This document shows positions 55,768 to 64,000 of a stretch of 64,000 nt of DNA, piece by piece (the stretch's first letter is position 1; every line of letters starts with the position of its first letter). The position numbers were made by a program, and so were the translations under genes. The notes beneath the pieces are model-generated. The model made no database searches. It had not been told where the DNA came from and saw nothing but the letters and a program-made list of their open reading frames with translations. This DNA is from a virus (lineage: Duplodnaviria > Caudoviricetes): positions 2,669 through 66,668 of the IMG/VR virus record IMGVR_UViG_3300030330_003013; one strand, written 5' to 3'.

Positions 55768-56522
55768 TGCCGTATATTCGCCAACTTGCACCATATACTC
55801 CTCGTTCCGGAGGCGGCAGGGATAGTAAAGGTTCAGCCGTTCAGTTTAGAGTAGGGTATTACGATAGAGGTTTAATAGATGCCTTAAAAGGCTTAAAAAC
55901 ACAATTCGATACAAGAAAATGGTTGCAAAATGAGATATACGCATTTCTAAAAGTTGATGTTATACCGGACACAAAAGACAAATTACAAGATAAACAACCG
56001 GAAACATTCAACAAAATACTACCACCAACAAGAAAGTTTAAGCAATCTAAGAGTATATACAGAAGAGTTGCTGATTCTCTCGATGCAGAAATTGATGGTG
56101 ATGTGGTAAAGGCAGGTTCTAAACCTTTCCCCTTTGGTGTAACAGGACAAAGACAAGACCCCAACACGAAAAAAACTATTGCTCAAATAGTTAAAAGAGG
56201 TATGAGGTCGTTTATGTATAAGAAAAGTGGTGGAAGGAAATACAATAGGTCTTTACCACCTACTGTAAGGTCTTCAATAAAATACGGCCATAAGATAAAG
56301 AGTAACCCACCTAAGAAAACAAAAATGGCTCAACCTACTTACGGTGTATTTTCTTCAATAGGAATGCAAAGAGCGAGAAAGCATCCGGGCTTTAAAGGTC
56401 GCCAAAGGTTTGATTATGTGGAATATATGTCTAAGAGTATAAGAGGCGATAGGTTCAAGAAACACATGGTCTCAAGAATTGAGTTTTTGGGTGGTATTTA
56501 CGGATTTAAGGAGAGGGTATAA
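55764..56522 (+). CDS. Basic neck/tail-completion protein
   Basis: Highly basic; C-terminal KHPGFKGRQRFDY is typical of HK97 gp10-like proteins; gene position fits. Confidence 0.55.
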   Translation: MMPYIRQLAPYTPRSGGGRDSKGSAVQFRVGYYDRGLIDALKGLKTQFDTRKWLQNEIYAFLKVDVIPDTKDKLQDKQPETFNKILPPTRKFKQSKSIYRRVADSLDAEIDGDVVKAGSKPFPFGVTGQRQDPNTKKTIAQIVKRGMRSFMYKKSGGRKYNRSLPPTVRSSIKYGHKIKSNPPKKTKMAQPTYGVFSSIGMQRARKHPGFKGRQRFDYVEYMSKSIRGDRFKKHMVSRIEFLGGIYGFKERV

Positions 56523-57595
56523 TGGGAGTATCGGCAAGAAATCACTATTGGACTTCAAGAACAAACTTAGCAGACCCAACAAACCCAAATGGTGCGGCTA
56601 ATGAAGCATGGGCTCTTAATAGTGGTTCGGGTAGTGGTGGTTCTGCAAATAATGATAATTGGAGAGTTACAAACCAAATATGGAAAGTTGCAAAGGGAGA
56701 CAGCAATACGCTTCTTGCAAGTTTTAAGATAGTTGCAAAACCCGATACATCAGAAATGGTAATGGCTATTGATAACGGAACACATAGAGCAGAAGTGCAA
56801 ATAACATCTTCTCTTGATTCTATAAGTTTAGTCGGTTCTTCGACTGCTACTAAGTCCGATTTAGATTTAGATGTATCAGAATACGCATCAGTTCCGGTTC
56901 TGTTAAGACTAACTTTAGATTCAAGCGGCAACGCAAGGCTCTATATTGATGAAATTATAGAAGATGACGATGCAAGCACACATTATTTATCCGTAACCGC
57001 ATCTTCATCCACCAGCGAAGGTGTTTATTGGGGCAATACAACAGGAACATTAGATTGGTCTATCGTTTATCACACATCACAAGGGGCTTATTCTCCCGAT
57101 GAATTAGATATAAGCGATTTTATCAACTTTGCATTTGTTAGAACCGCATTGAAGATTATAGAGGTTCTAAAGGATTCAAAGAGATTCTATTTGAAAAACC
57201 ATGTAACCGATTCTGCTATCATATATGGTTATGACCTATCAAGCAATATGGTTAGTAGGCTTAATCCACCAACAGTCCATGTAGTTACAACTACTGCTAC
57301 TTCACCGGAGTTTAATACATTATCCGGCGCAAGAACAGACCAAGATTATTCGATAGATGTTTATGTTACTACACGAGGAACAGATTACAGAAACGCATAT
57401 CGTTTAGGTTTATCTATAATGGGAGAGGTATTTGATGAATTATACACCAATACGGGCTTAGATTCCGGAATTGATAGCCTTATTGGATACAATTTGATAT
57501 TCGACACAAAAATGGATGATGACGAAACTATTTGTGTGCATCAACTTAACTTAACCTACATGAAAAAGGTAAATATGACCCGCCGAGAGGTATGA
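56522..57595 (+). CDS. Tail terminator-like protein with N-terminal beta-sandwich domain
   Basis: Immediately before the tail tube gene; C-terminal PTVHV...YSIDVYV...LGLSIMGEVFDEL pattern. Confidence 0.55.
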   Translation: MGVSARNHYWTSRTNLADPTNPNGAANEAWALNSGSGSGGSANNDNWRVTNQIWKVAKGDSNTLLASFKIVAKPDTSEMVMAIDNGTHRAEVQITSSLDSISLVGSSTATKSDLDLDVSEYASVPVLLRLTLDSSGNARLYIDEIIEDDDASTHYLSVTASSSTSEGVYWGNTTGTLDWSIVYHTSQGAYSPDELDISDFINFAFVRTALKIIEVLKDSKRFYLKNHVTDSAIIYGYDLSSNMVSRLNPPTVHVVTTTATSPEFNTLSGARTDQDYSIDVYVTTRGTDYRNAYRLGLSIMGEVFDELYTNTGLDSGIDSLIGYNLIFDTKMDDDETICVHQLNLTYMKKVNMTRREV

Positions 57596-57644
57596 GAACC
57601 GTTAAATATCACTATTTATGTAGTAAATCCGTAGGGGATATACC

Positions 57645-58706
57645 ATGACTACATTTGCAAATAGATATGTTTCCGTTGCCGTTGAACACGCCTTCGGAGA
57701 CGCACAAGCCGTTGATGCTTACGGAGAAGTTGATGAAGAATCATTTAATGAGACTTTTGATGTTTTACAAAGACCGGATATGAACAGATATGGGGCTCAG
57801 AAAGCCGTTGATTCAAAGCACTATGCTTCGGGTTCTTTTTCTATGCCTCTTCAACCGGACCAATTCACCATGATTTGTCTTCATGGTATTATGGGAACAC
57901 ATACTCCGGGCGGAACGGCTGGTGTTGATGATAAATTAGAAGAATTATCCACCGGTGAATTGCCCTCATACACATTTAGAATCGGAAGAGACGACCAAGA
58001 ATATACTTTTGCAGGTCAAGTTATCGAATCTATTAGCGTATCATCATCTGTAGGAGAATACGCTATGATGACCGTTAATACTACCGGATGCAAAGCACAA
58101 CACAAAGCATCTGATGGTTCAACTATTGCTTTAACTGCTGGTCTCGGAACACCATCTTATACATACACCGGAGATGCGGCACACTTCGTAGGTGCTTATG
58201 TTAATTTTGAAGACCTTGCAACAACTTCTGCTTACTCAAAGTTAGTGCAATCAATTGACTTTGAAATAAGCACTAATAGAGATATGGATAACTCATATAC
58301 TCTCGGTTCTGATACTTGCGTTAGAGCCCCACCTATGCAACTAAGAGAAATTAGCGGTTCGATTACATTTAGCAAAGCGGTTCTTGCGGCTGATGTATCC
58401 GTTGATGAACCGGACTTTGCTGATTTGTTAGGAAGCGGCTCTTTCCATCATGGAACAGCATCAAACCCCGCAATTTCAGTATTATTCCAAGTTGATACCA
58501 ATAACAAAATACGATTTGATTTCTTCAAGGTTCATTATGACGCACCACAAACTAATGTTAGTGGTCGTGATACCCAAACAATGACTGTTGGTTTTACCGG
58601 ACTTTACGATGAAACAACAACAGATATGATGGAGATTTTGTTTAGTAGTGAAGACACTACACTTAAAGGCAGCGGCGCGACAGACATAGATAGTTTGTCC
58701 TCGTGA
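57645..58706 (+). CDS. Major tail tube protein
   Basis: LPSYTFRIG...FAGQVIESISVS...REISGSIT...SGRDTQTMTVGFTG; precedes the chaperone and tape measure genes. Confidence 0.75.
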   Translation: MTTFANRYVSVAVEHAFGDAQAVDAYGEVDEESFNETFDVLQRPDMNRYGAQKAVDSKHYASGSFSMPLQPDQFTMICLHGIMGTHTPGGTAGVDDKLEELSTGELPSYTFRIGRDDQEYTFAGQVIESISVSSSVGEYAMMTVNTTGCKAQHKASDGSTIALTAGLGTPSYTYTGDAAHFVGAYVNFEDLATTSAYSKLVQSIDFEISTNRDMDNSYTLGSDTCVRAPPMQLREISGSITFSKAVLAADVSVDEPDFADLLGSGSFHHGTASNPAISVLFQVDTNNKIRFDFFKVHYDAPQTNVSGRDTQTMTVGFTGLYDETTTDMMEILFSSEDTTLKGSGATDIDSLSS

Positions 58707-58749
58707 TTAGTATAGATTAGATTTAGTATAGAATAGAGTTGAGAAAAGT

Positions 58750-59103
58750 ATGCCCGTATTGCAAAAAGAAATAGAATTAGATGATGGAAAAAAAATCCTC
58801 GTGCGCCAAGCATCGGGGATGGAACGCATTGAAATAGAGGCTCGTCAAGCACGAGTCTTTAGAAAGGTTCGTCATTTCGGACCGAATCCTATGGAATGGA
58901 CCGATGAACAACAGGAAGAGTTTGCTGATTTGATAGATGAAGCAGACGCAGGGCCAACTTCTCAAATGAGAGATTGGATTCCAAATTGTATTCTCTCAGA
59001 AGGCGTTGATATAAATACACTTACAAGTGCCGAGTTACAAAAGTTACTCTCCTTTGTTAGAGGAGACGATGAGGAGGGTGGAATCCCTTTATCGAGTTCC
59101 TAA
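58750..59103 (+). CDS. Tail assembly chaperone (G-like)
   Basis: Lies between tail tube and tape measure; ends at a slippery site. Confidence 0.75.
   Translation: MPVLQKEIELDDGKKILVRQASGMERIEIEARQARVFRKVRHFGPNPMEWTDEQQEEFADLIDEADAGPTSQMRDWIPNCILSEGVDINTLTSAELQKLLSFVRGDDEEGGIPLSSS
59085..59091 (+). other. Programmed -1 frameshift heptamer C-CCT-TTA
   Basis: XXXYYYZ heptamer in frame, three codons before the stop codon; the -1 frame is open 59073-59381. Confidence 0.8.
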
Positions 59104-59381
59104 TAGTAGCCCCCGCATTATGTTCGACATTTAAAGGCGTTCTTCCGAGCGATTTAAGGTTGAAATATGGAGATGCAGGGGGGAGACATTTGTTGGAAAT
59201 AGATTTAGCGGTTGCAGGTGAAATAGCAGATAGAATCACCGAACAAACAGAAGAAAGCCGCAATTCCCCCGCCGCACAATCCCGCAAAGCACGAAAGGCC
59301 GTTGAGAAACGGCAACGAATGGGTGCTAAAGGCTTAGGGGAATTGTTAAAAGACACCTTCGATAATAAAGAAGGTGAGTAA
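59091..59381 (+). CDS. Frameshifted extension of the tail chaperone (GT-like)
   Basis: The -1 frame reads FIEFLIVAPALCSTFKGVLPSDLRLKYG...; no ATG near its beginning. Confidence 0.7.
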   Translation: MEFLIVAPALCSTFKGVLPSDLRLKYGDAGGRHLLEIDLAVAGEIADRITEQTEESRNSPAAQSRKARKAVEKRQRMGAKGLGELLKDTFDNKEGE

Positions 59382-59383
59382 CG

Positions 59384-62300
59384 ATGGCTTCGCGGACCGG
59401 CTCGGCACGAGTATTCTTTGAGATTGTAGGTCAATTTCAAGCCGAAAGGCTACTTAAAGATGCAGATTCCGCCGCAGTAGTTACAAAAGCAATTTGGCTG
59501 GATGCGGCAGGTGGTATCGTTGAAGCCTTTGAGTTTGCCTTTGATGGTATTAGAGACCTTGTTGAAGAAAATATAGAATCATTCAAGGCATACGAAGAAC
59601 AACTAATACAGGTAAGAAAGTTTTATCAAGGTTCAGAAGAAGACATTATGAAGTTTGCTGATGCTTCAATGTATCTCGGAGAAACCTTTGCGTTTAGCGG
59701 TGCAGAAGCATTGAAAGCCGCCGCTCAAATGGCCCAAATGAAAACTGTTTTAGGAAGCCCCGAAGCGGTTATTGCCGGAACAGAAATGGGTTTGCTTTTT
59801 GCTGAAATAGGTAATATGGATACTCAACTTGCTATGAAGCGTATGACGAGCCTAATGCAACAAACCGGATTTGCTTTAGGTGGTTTAACTCAAGCACAGT
59901 ATGATAATCTCGATGCTCATACCCAAGCACAAGTGGTAATGAGTAACACAATGAGAGTATTAGACCAACTTAACACAATCGAAAACTCTTCTGTTGCGAC
60001 AATGGAAGACATGACTTTCGTTCTAAACCAATTCTCGGCACAGGGTAATTTGGCCGGAGAATCAATGGCGAGTATGGCGGCATTTGCCGCTATCTTGCTT
60101 GAGGCCGGTGAAGAAACAAGTAGGGCCGGAACAGGTCTAAGAATGATTTATTCAAGATTAGCAGTTGATGGAGGAGACGCTTCCGAAGCAATTGCAGAAG
60201 TCGTGCCTCATTTAGATGCAACTACTGTATCCACCATGTCTTTAAGTGGAGTTCTTGATGAGTTAATACCTTATTATGTTCAACTATCAGATATTGAAAA
60301 GGTTAGATTAACACAAGCAATAGCCGGTAATAGGCACTATGTAAAGTTGCAAAAAGTTATTGAGAACCACGAAAGATATATTACATTAACCGGTATGGCT
60401 TATTCCGGAACATACGGGGCAGTTGAAGAGTTTGAGAATCGTCAAGAATCTATGAAGTTTAAGATAGATAAAGCCAATGCTTTGATTGAAAATCAAAGGG
60501 CTTTAGTCGGTGATAATTTAGCAAAAGCCTATGTTAAATCATTAGAACCACAATATCAATTCTTGAAATTATTGGAAAAAAGCACCGATGAGTCCAATAA
60601 GTATTCTGCATCATTGGGTGGTCTTGAGGTAAGTGTAAAGGACACACTTGAAAATATTTTGCTTCTTGGTGCGGCAGTTGAACAACTTAGTTTGCCGCTA
60701 AACTTTGCTATGGGTCTCGGAAACATACTTATTTCCGCTCAAGCCTTTGGTGCAATCAATAGACAAACGAGGGAATTGCAATCTTTCCACACAGAAGCCT
60801 ATGGCCGTAGGGTCTATATGATGGAACAAGAAAAGCAAATGAAATTAGCAAGTTTATTTGATATAGAACAGGCAAGCAAAACTTCTTATGATGCTATGAT
60901 GCAAAGAACCCAACGACAATATGCAATTAACCTTACTAATTCAAAAAGAAATAAATTAAGGGTGCAACAATTAAAACTGCAAAATAAAGAGTTAGAAAAA
61001 CAAGTATTATTATTGGATATGACTAAATCTAAAGATGTAGTGAAAAGTGTTCAATTACAAAAAGAAATACAAGGAAATAAAGATTTAATAGAAATAGGAA
61101 TGCAAAAATCACAAATGCAACTCGCTGAATATCAAACACAAAAGGCTATTTTTCAACAAAGAAACGCTTATGAAAAAGGAATGCAAGCCTATTACAAATT
61201 AAGCATAGGACAAAGAGCGAACCAAGTAAAACAGCAAAAGGCGTTAAGTGGAGCAATTCAAAATACATACAATAATATGGCTAATGAAGTAGTTGTGTTT
61301 AGGGCTTTAACGGAAGAAGAAAGAAAAAGTATAGTTACAAGGGCTCAAGCAAACCAAGTTCAAGCAACAAACATTCAACTTAGATTAAGCGAGATGAGAA
61401 TAAAACTACAAACCGCTAAATTAACCGATGAGGAAAGAGAAGCATTATTAGGGCTTATTGCTGTGGAAGAAGAACATCTAAGAAACTTAGGCGAAGAAAT
61501 AGCAAAAGATGAGATTTTGTTACACGCCGATGAACAAAGAATAAAAAACATAAGGCGAGAAGCACAGGAAGCAACCGTATTAGGACAGGTTATGGATAAT
61601 TTACATGGTTCAAGAGAAGCACATCAAAGAACAATGAGAAATGCAGTATCCATAGGAACAGGTCTATTAGGTATTTATAGTATGACTGCTAAATCGGCAA
61701 GAGATATGGAAGCCGCTATGTATGGTATAATTATAGCACAGGGTCTTTATCAAACCGCTATGTTTATTTCAAAGAAAAGAACCGATGGTTATACTGCAAG
61801 TGTAATTATGGCTCAAATGGCTACTAATATTTTTTATGGCGCAATAGTAGCAGTTGTTGCTTATATGGGTGGTAAAGCACTTGCGAATGCGCTTAACCTA
61901 AGTAGTGCTTTTGATGATTTGTCTTCAAGCACAGAAGAGATGACTAATAATTTCGGTGATTTTGAAAGTGTGTTAAAAGAGTTATCAATGAAAGGAGAAG
62001 AAAGCGTTTTAGGTAATATAGTCGAAGCAAGTTATAACGATTTACGAAATAGTGAAGAAGTTGCAAAAAATGCTCAAGCGGTATTAGAAAATCAAATAAC
62101 TACATACGATGATTTAATGAAAGCACACGACCCCGAATCTGCTGAATATAAATCCGCTCAAGTATCTCACGCTATCGCTCTTCAGAAAAAGAAAGAGGTT
62201 GATGCAATAGTTGATGCTCATAAAGGTGCTGATGGTATATATGCTCAATATGTTGAAGACACAATAAATGAAGTTGATAAACTAAATTATGAGATGACTT

Positions 62301-62839
62301 CGGCTTATGCTAACAGAATGGCCGACTTAACTCAGTATTTTGGTTATAGTGAGGCAGATGCGGAGGCAATAGTTGATAGAGAAGGAATAGCGAGATATGT
62401 GGTTGAGTATGCGGATGGAACGGGTGCTATATTTAAGACGCATGAAGAAATGGAAGCAGATAGACAAAGGGTAACTCAAGAATCTAATGCTAAAATTATA
62501 GAAGATGGCGAAGCATTAGCGGCTTCTTATGAGTCATTGTATGGAACAGTATTAAGTGCAGTTTATGCCGCTGATTCGGAAATATCCGGTTTAGTTAGTG
62601 GCTCATTAGAACAAATGAACGAGTTTGCAAGCGCAAGAGAAGAATTGTTTTTCGGAAGTCAAGCAAACTTTCAAGGGGCAATATACAAACAAATTACACA
62701 AGGGGGAGTTGAAAGTGTTTTGCATAGAGTTGAAATTATACAACATAACCACTTTAACGGTATGACTTTACCGGAAATGGTAAGCCAAGTTACAGAAGGA
62801 GTAATAGTTGAGATGAGAGGACAAGGTGTGCCGATATGA
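59384..62839 (+). CDS. Tail tape measure protein
   Basis: 1151 aa, helical and Ala-rich; TP901-like TMP core, coiled coils and hydrophobic segments. Confidence 0.9.
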   Translation: MASRTGSARVFFEIVGQFQAERLLKDADSAAVVTKAIWLDAAGGIVEAFEFAFDGIRDLVEENIESFKAYEEQLIQVRKFYQGSEEDIMKFADASMYLGETFAFSGAEALKAAAQMAQMKTVLGSPEAVIAGTEMGLLFAEIGNMDTQLAMKRMTSLMQQTGFALGGLTQAQYDNLDAHTQAQVVMSNTMRVLDQLNTIENSSVATMEDMTFVLNQFSAQGNLAGESMASMAAFAAILLEAGEETSRAGTGLRMIYSRLAVDGGDASEAIAEVVPHLDATTVSTMSLSGVLDELIPYYVQLSDIEKVRLTQAIAGNRHYVKLQKVIENHERYITLTGMAYSGTYGAVEEFENRQESMKFKIDKANALIENQRALVGDNLAKAYVKSLEPQYQFLKLLEKSTDESNKYSASLGGLEVSVKDTLENILLLGAAVEQLSLPLNFAMGLGNILISAQAFGAINRQTRELQSFHTEAYGRRVYMMEQEKQMKLASLFDIEQASKTSYDAMMQRTQRQYAINLTNSKRNKLRVQQLKLQNKELEKQVLLLDMTKSKDVVKSVQLQKEIQGNKDLIEIGMQKSQMQLAEYQTQKAIFQQRNAYEKGMQAYYKLSIGQRANQVKQQKALSGAIQNTYNNMANEVVVFRALTEEERKSIVTRAQANQVQATNIQLRLSEMRIKLQTAKLTDEEREALLGLIAVEEEHLRNLGEEIAKDEILLHADEQRIKNIRREAQEATVLGQVMDNLHGSREAHQRTMRNAVSIGTGLLGIYSMTAKSARDMEAAMYGIIIAQGLYQTAMFISKKRTDGYTASVIMAQMATNIFYGAIVAVVAYMGGKALANALNLSSAFDDLSSSTEEMTNNFGDFESVLKELSMKGEESVLGNIVEASYNDLRNSEEVAKNAQAVLENQITTYDDLMKAHDPESAEYKSAQVSHAIALQKKKEVDAIVDAHKGADGIYAQYVEDTINEVDKLNYEMTSAYANRMADLTQYFGYSEADAEAIVDREGIARYVVEYADGTGAIFKTHEEMEADRQRVTQESNAKIIEDGEALAASYESLYGTVLSAVYAADSEISGLVSGSLEQMNEFASAREELFFGSQANFQGAIYKQITQGGVESVLHRVEIIQHNHFNGMTLPEMVSQVTEGVIVEMRGQGVPI

Positions 62840-64000
62840 GAACCACATCAAATACACTTAACATTTGGCTTGCCGGATATTATGATGATTTTATGTCTTG
62901 TAGGTCTGTTCCCGATGATAGCAACGCTTCAACTGTAAGAGATATAGACCATACCGCAACACATCACGGAAACCCAATGAACGGAGAAGCAACACTTAAT
63001 CCCCGTTATAGATACTCATTACCCGACAGGTCTCAACTTGCAACTTATGAAAGTGCAAATGATAATCTTACAGCAGATGTATTTTTTGCAACTTCTTCTG
63101 TTGCAACTATTTCTAATTCGGGGATACACGAATGGCTTACCCTCGACACAATACGAAGAGGTTATAATAATTGGGAAGGGCGAGCGCAGTTGCAATATCC
63201 GGATTCAAGGCGTGGCTCAAGGCAACGATTTAATGGGGCGGCTGGTGATTCCTACGAGGCTTTTGTAAATGGACACGATACAAGAGGCGTTTATTACGCT
63301 CCTCTCGGAGACATTGATTCCACTATGGGAAGGTCTCGTGTTATATCAAGGGCCGCTCGTGATAGCAATTCGACAATGTATATCGGTGCTGGTTCTCACC
63401 AGCAAGCAGAAAGAGCCGGTCATACTACTACTCATTCAATATCTCTTGCAAGTATTTTATCCGGCGAAAGAACAGACAAAACTACTACATCATCGGGGGC
63501 AAATAGAGGAAATGCAAGAAAGCATCTATACCCTCTTCGTTCTCCCGCAGGGCAACCGTTTTTAATATCAAAACTCCATCAAAAGGAAACTAATACTTCC
63601 GGAGGGAATAGATATAGGATTCTAAACTATGATGGTAAGATGCAGTTTTCCGGACTCGGTGATACATTTAACATACGAATGGCCTCGCATACATTTGGTG
63701 ATTGGGCGGGGCAACAATACACACTAAAAATAGGTTATCCGAAATCGGGTGGGTTTAATAAATCCACACAAACATTTAGTGGAACACCAGCAATAACAGT
63801 TAATATACCTATAAGTGATTTAACAAGTGGTAATTTAGAAATAGATACCTATACCTATGGAAATAATAATAATTATTGGGATGATATAGATATAGTTATG
63901 GACTTTACCGCTCAAACATACAAAGTGTATATTGACGGCACACAATTAGGAGGAACGGGCTCTATGGCTGGAAGTTACCAGCCCGATGATATATTCGGGT
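62836..64000 (+). CDS. Tail-tip/baseplate protein, 3'-truncated (not in ORF track because there is no stop)
   Basis: ATGA overlap with the TMP stop; MRTTSNTLNIWLAGYYDDF... stays open to the window end (388 codons). Confidence 0.7.
   Translation, partial: MRTTSNTLNIWLAGYYDDFMSCRSVPDDSNASTVRDIDHTATHHGNPMNGEATLNPRYRYSLPDRSQLATYESANDNLTADVFFATSSVATISNSGIHEWLTLDTIRRGYNNWEGRAQLQYPDSRRGSRQRFNGAAGDSYEAFVNGHDTRGVYYAPLGDIDSTMGRSRVISRAARDSNSTMYIGAGSHQQAERAGHTTTHSISLASILSGERTDKTTTSSGANRGNARKHLYPLRSPAGQPFLISKLHQKETNTSGGNRYRILNYDGKMQFSGLGDTFNIRMASHTFGDWAGQQYTLKIGYPKSGGFNKSTQTFSGTPAITVNIPISDLTSGNLEIDTYTYGNNNNYWDDIDIVMDFTAQTYKVYIDGTQLGGTGSMAGSYQPDDIFG

Noticed and set aside
58704-58745. Short tandem TTAGTATAGA repeat before the chaperone gene
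   Set aside because: Two copies in AT-rich DNA; compatible with chance or a simple promoter.
63038-63565. TTG/ATG ORFs 63038..63268 and 63269..63565 listed in the track
   Set aside because: Out-of-frame shadows of the continuous ORF starting at 62836.
1-64000. tRNA/rRNA genes, integrase, transposase, reverse transcriptase/DGR, tail sheath
   Set aside because: No supporting motifs were found by eye; tRNAscan-SE or HMM searches could still find divergent cases.

Overview
This window looks like most of the genome of a tailed dsDNA virus (HK97 head, siphovirus-type tail) with an archaeal host. By inference it is probably a 'magrovirus' of Marine Group II Poseidoniales. The evidence is an archaeal-type replisome (PolB, AEP primase, MCM-like helicase, RFC-small, PCNA-like clamp, ERCC4 nuclease), GGTGA/GGAGG ribosome-binding sites, TATA-like promoters and genes common in marine viruses (DenV-like glycosylase, 2OG-Fe(II) oxygenase). 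The - strand arm (3.25-38.96 kb) carries replication and recombination genes (3-19 kb), a dense array of small early genes (20-31 kb), a vWA/MoxR pair (30.6-33.4 kb) and terminase. The + strand arm (39.2 kb to the end, apparently continuing at 1-3.27 kb) carries portal, protease, capsid, a collagen fibre with adjacent modifying enzymes, and tail genes. I found no tRNA, rRNA, CRISPR array, integrase or transposase. Three sequence-level signals are not explained by the gene map. (1) A segment at ~31.3-35.5 kb is saturated with perfect short hairpins of unrelated stem sequence, even inside ORFs; their loops are mostly GNA/AAA triloops. (2) The palindrome TTGCAA is strongly over-represented genome-wide, while GATC/AGCT/GTAC/CTAG appear absent. 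(3) A ~24-bp motif occurs in five copies; two of them form an inverted pair around an AT-rich spacer at the point where transcription diverges. All counts are manual, and all family assignments come from motif recognition without database searches.
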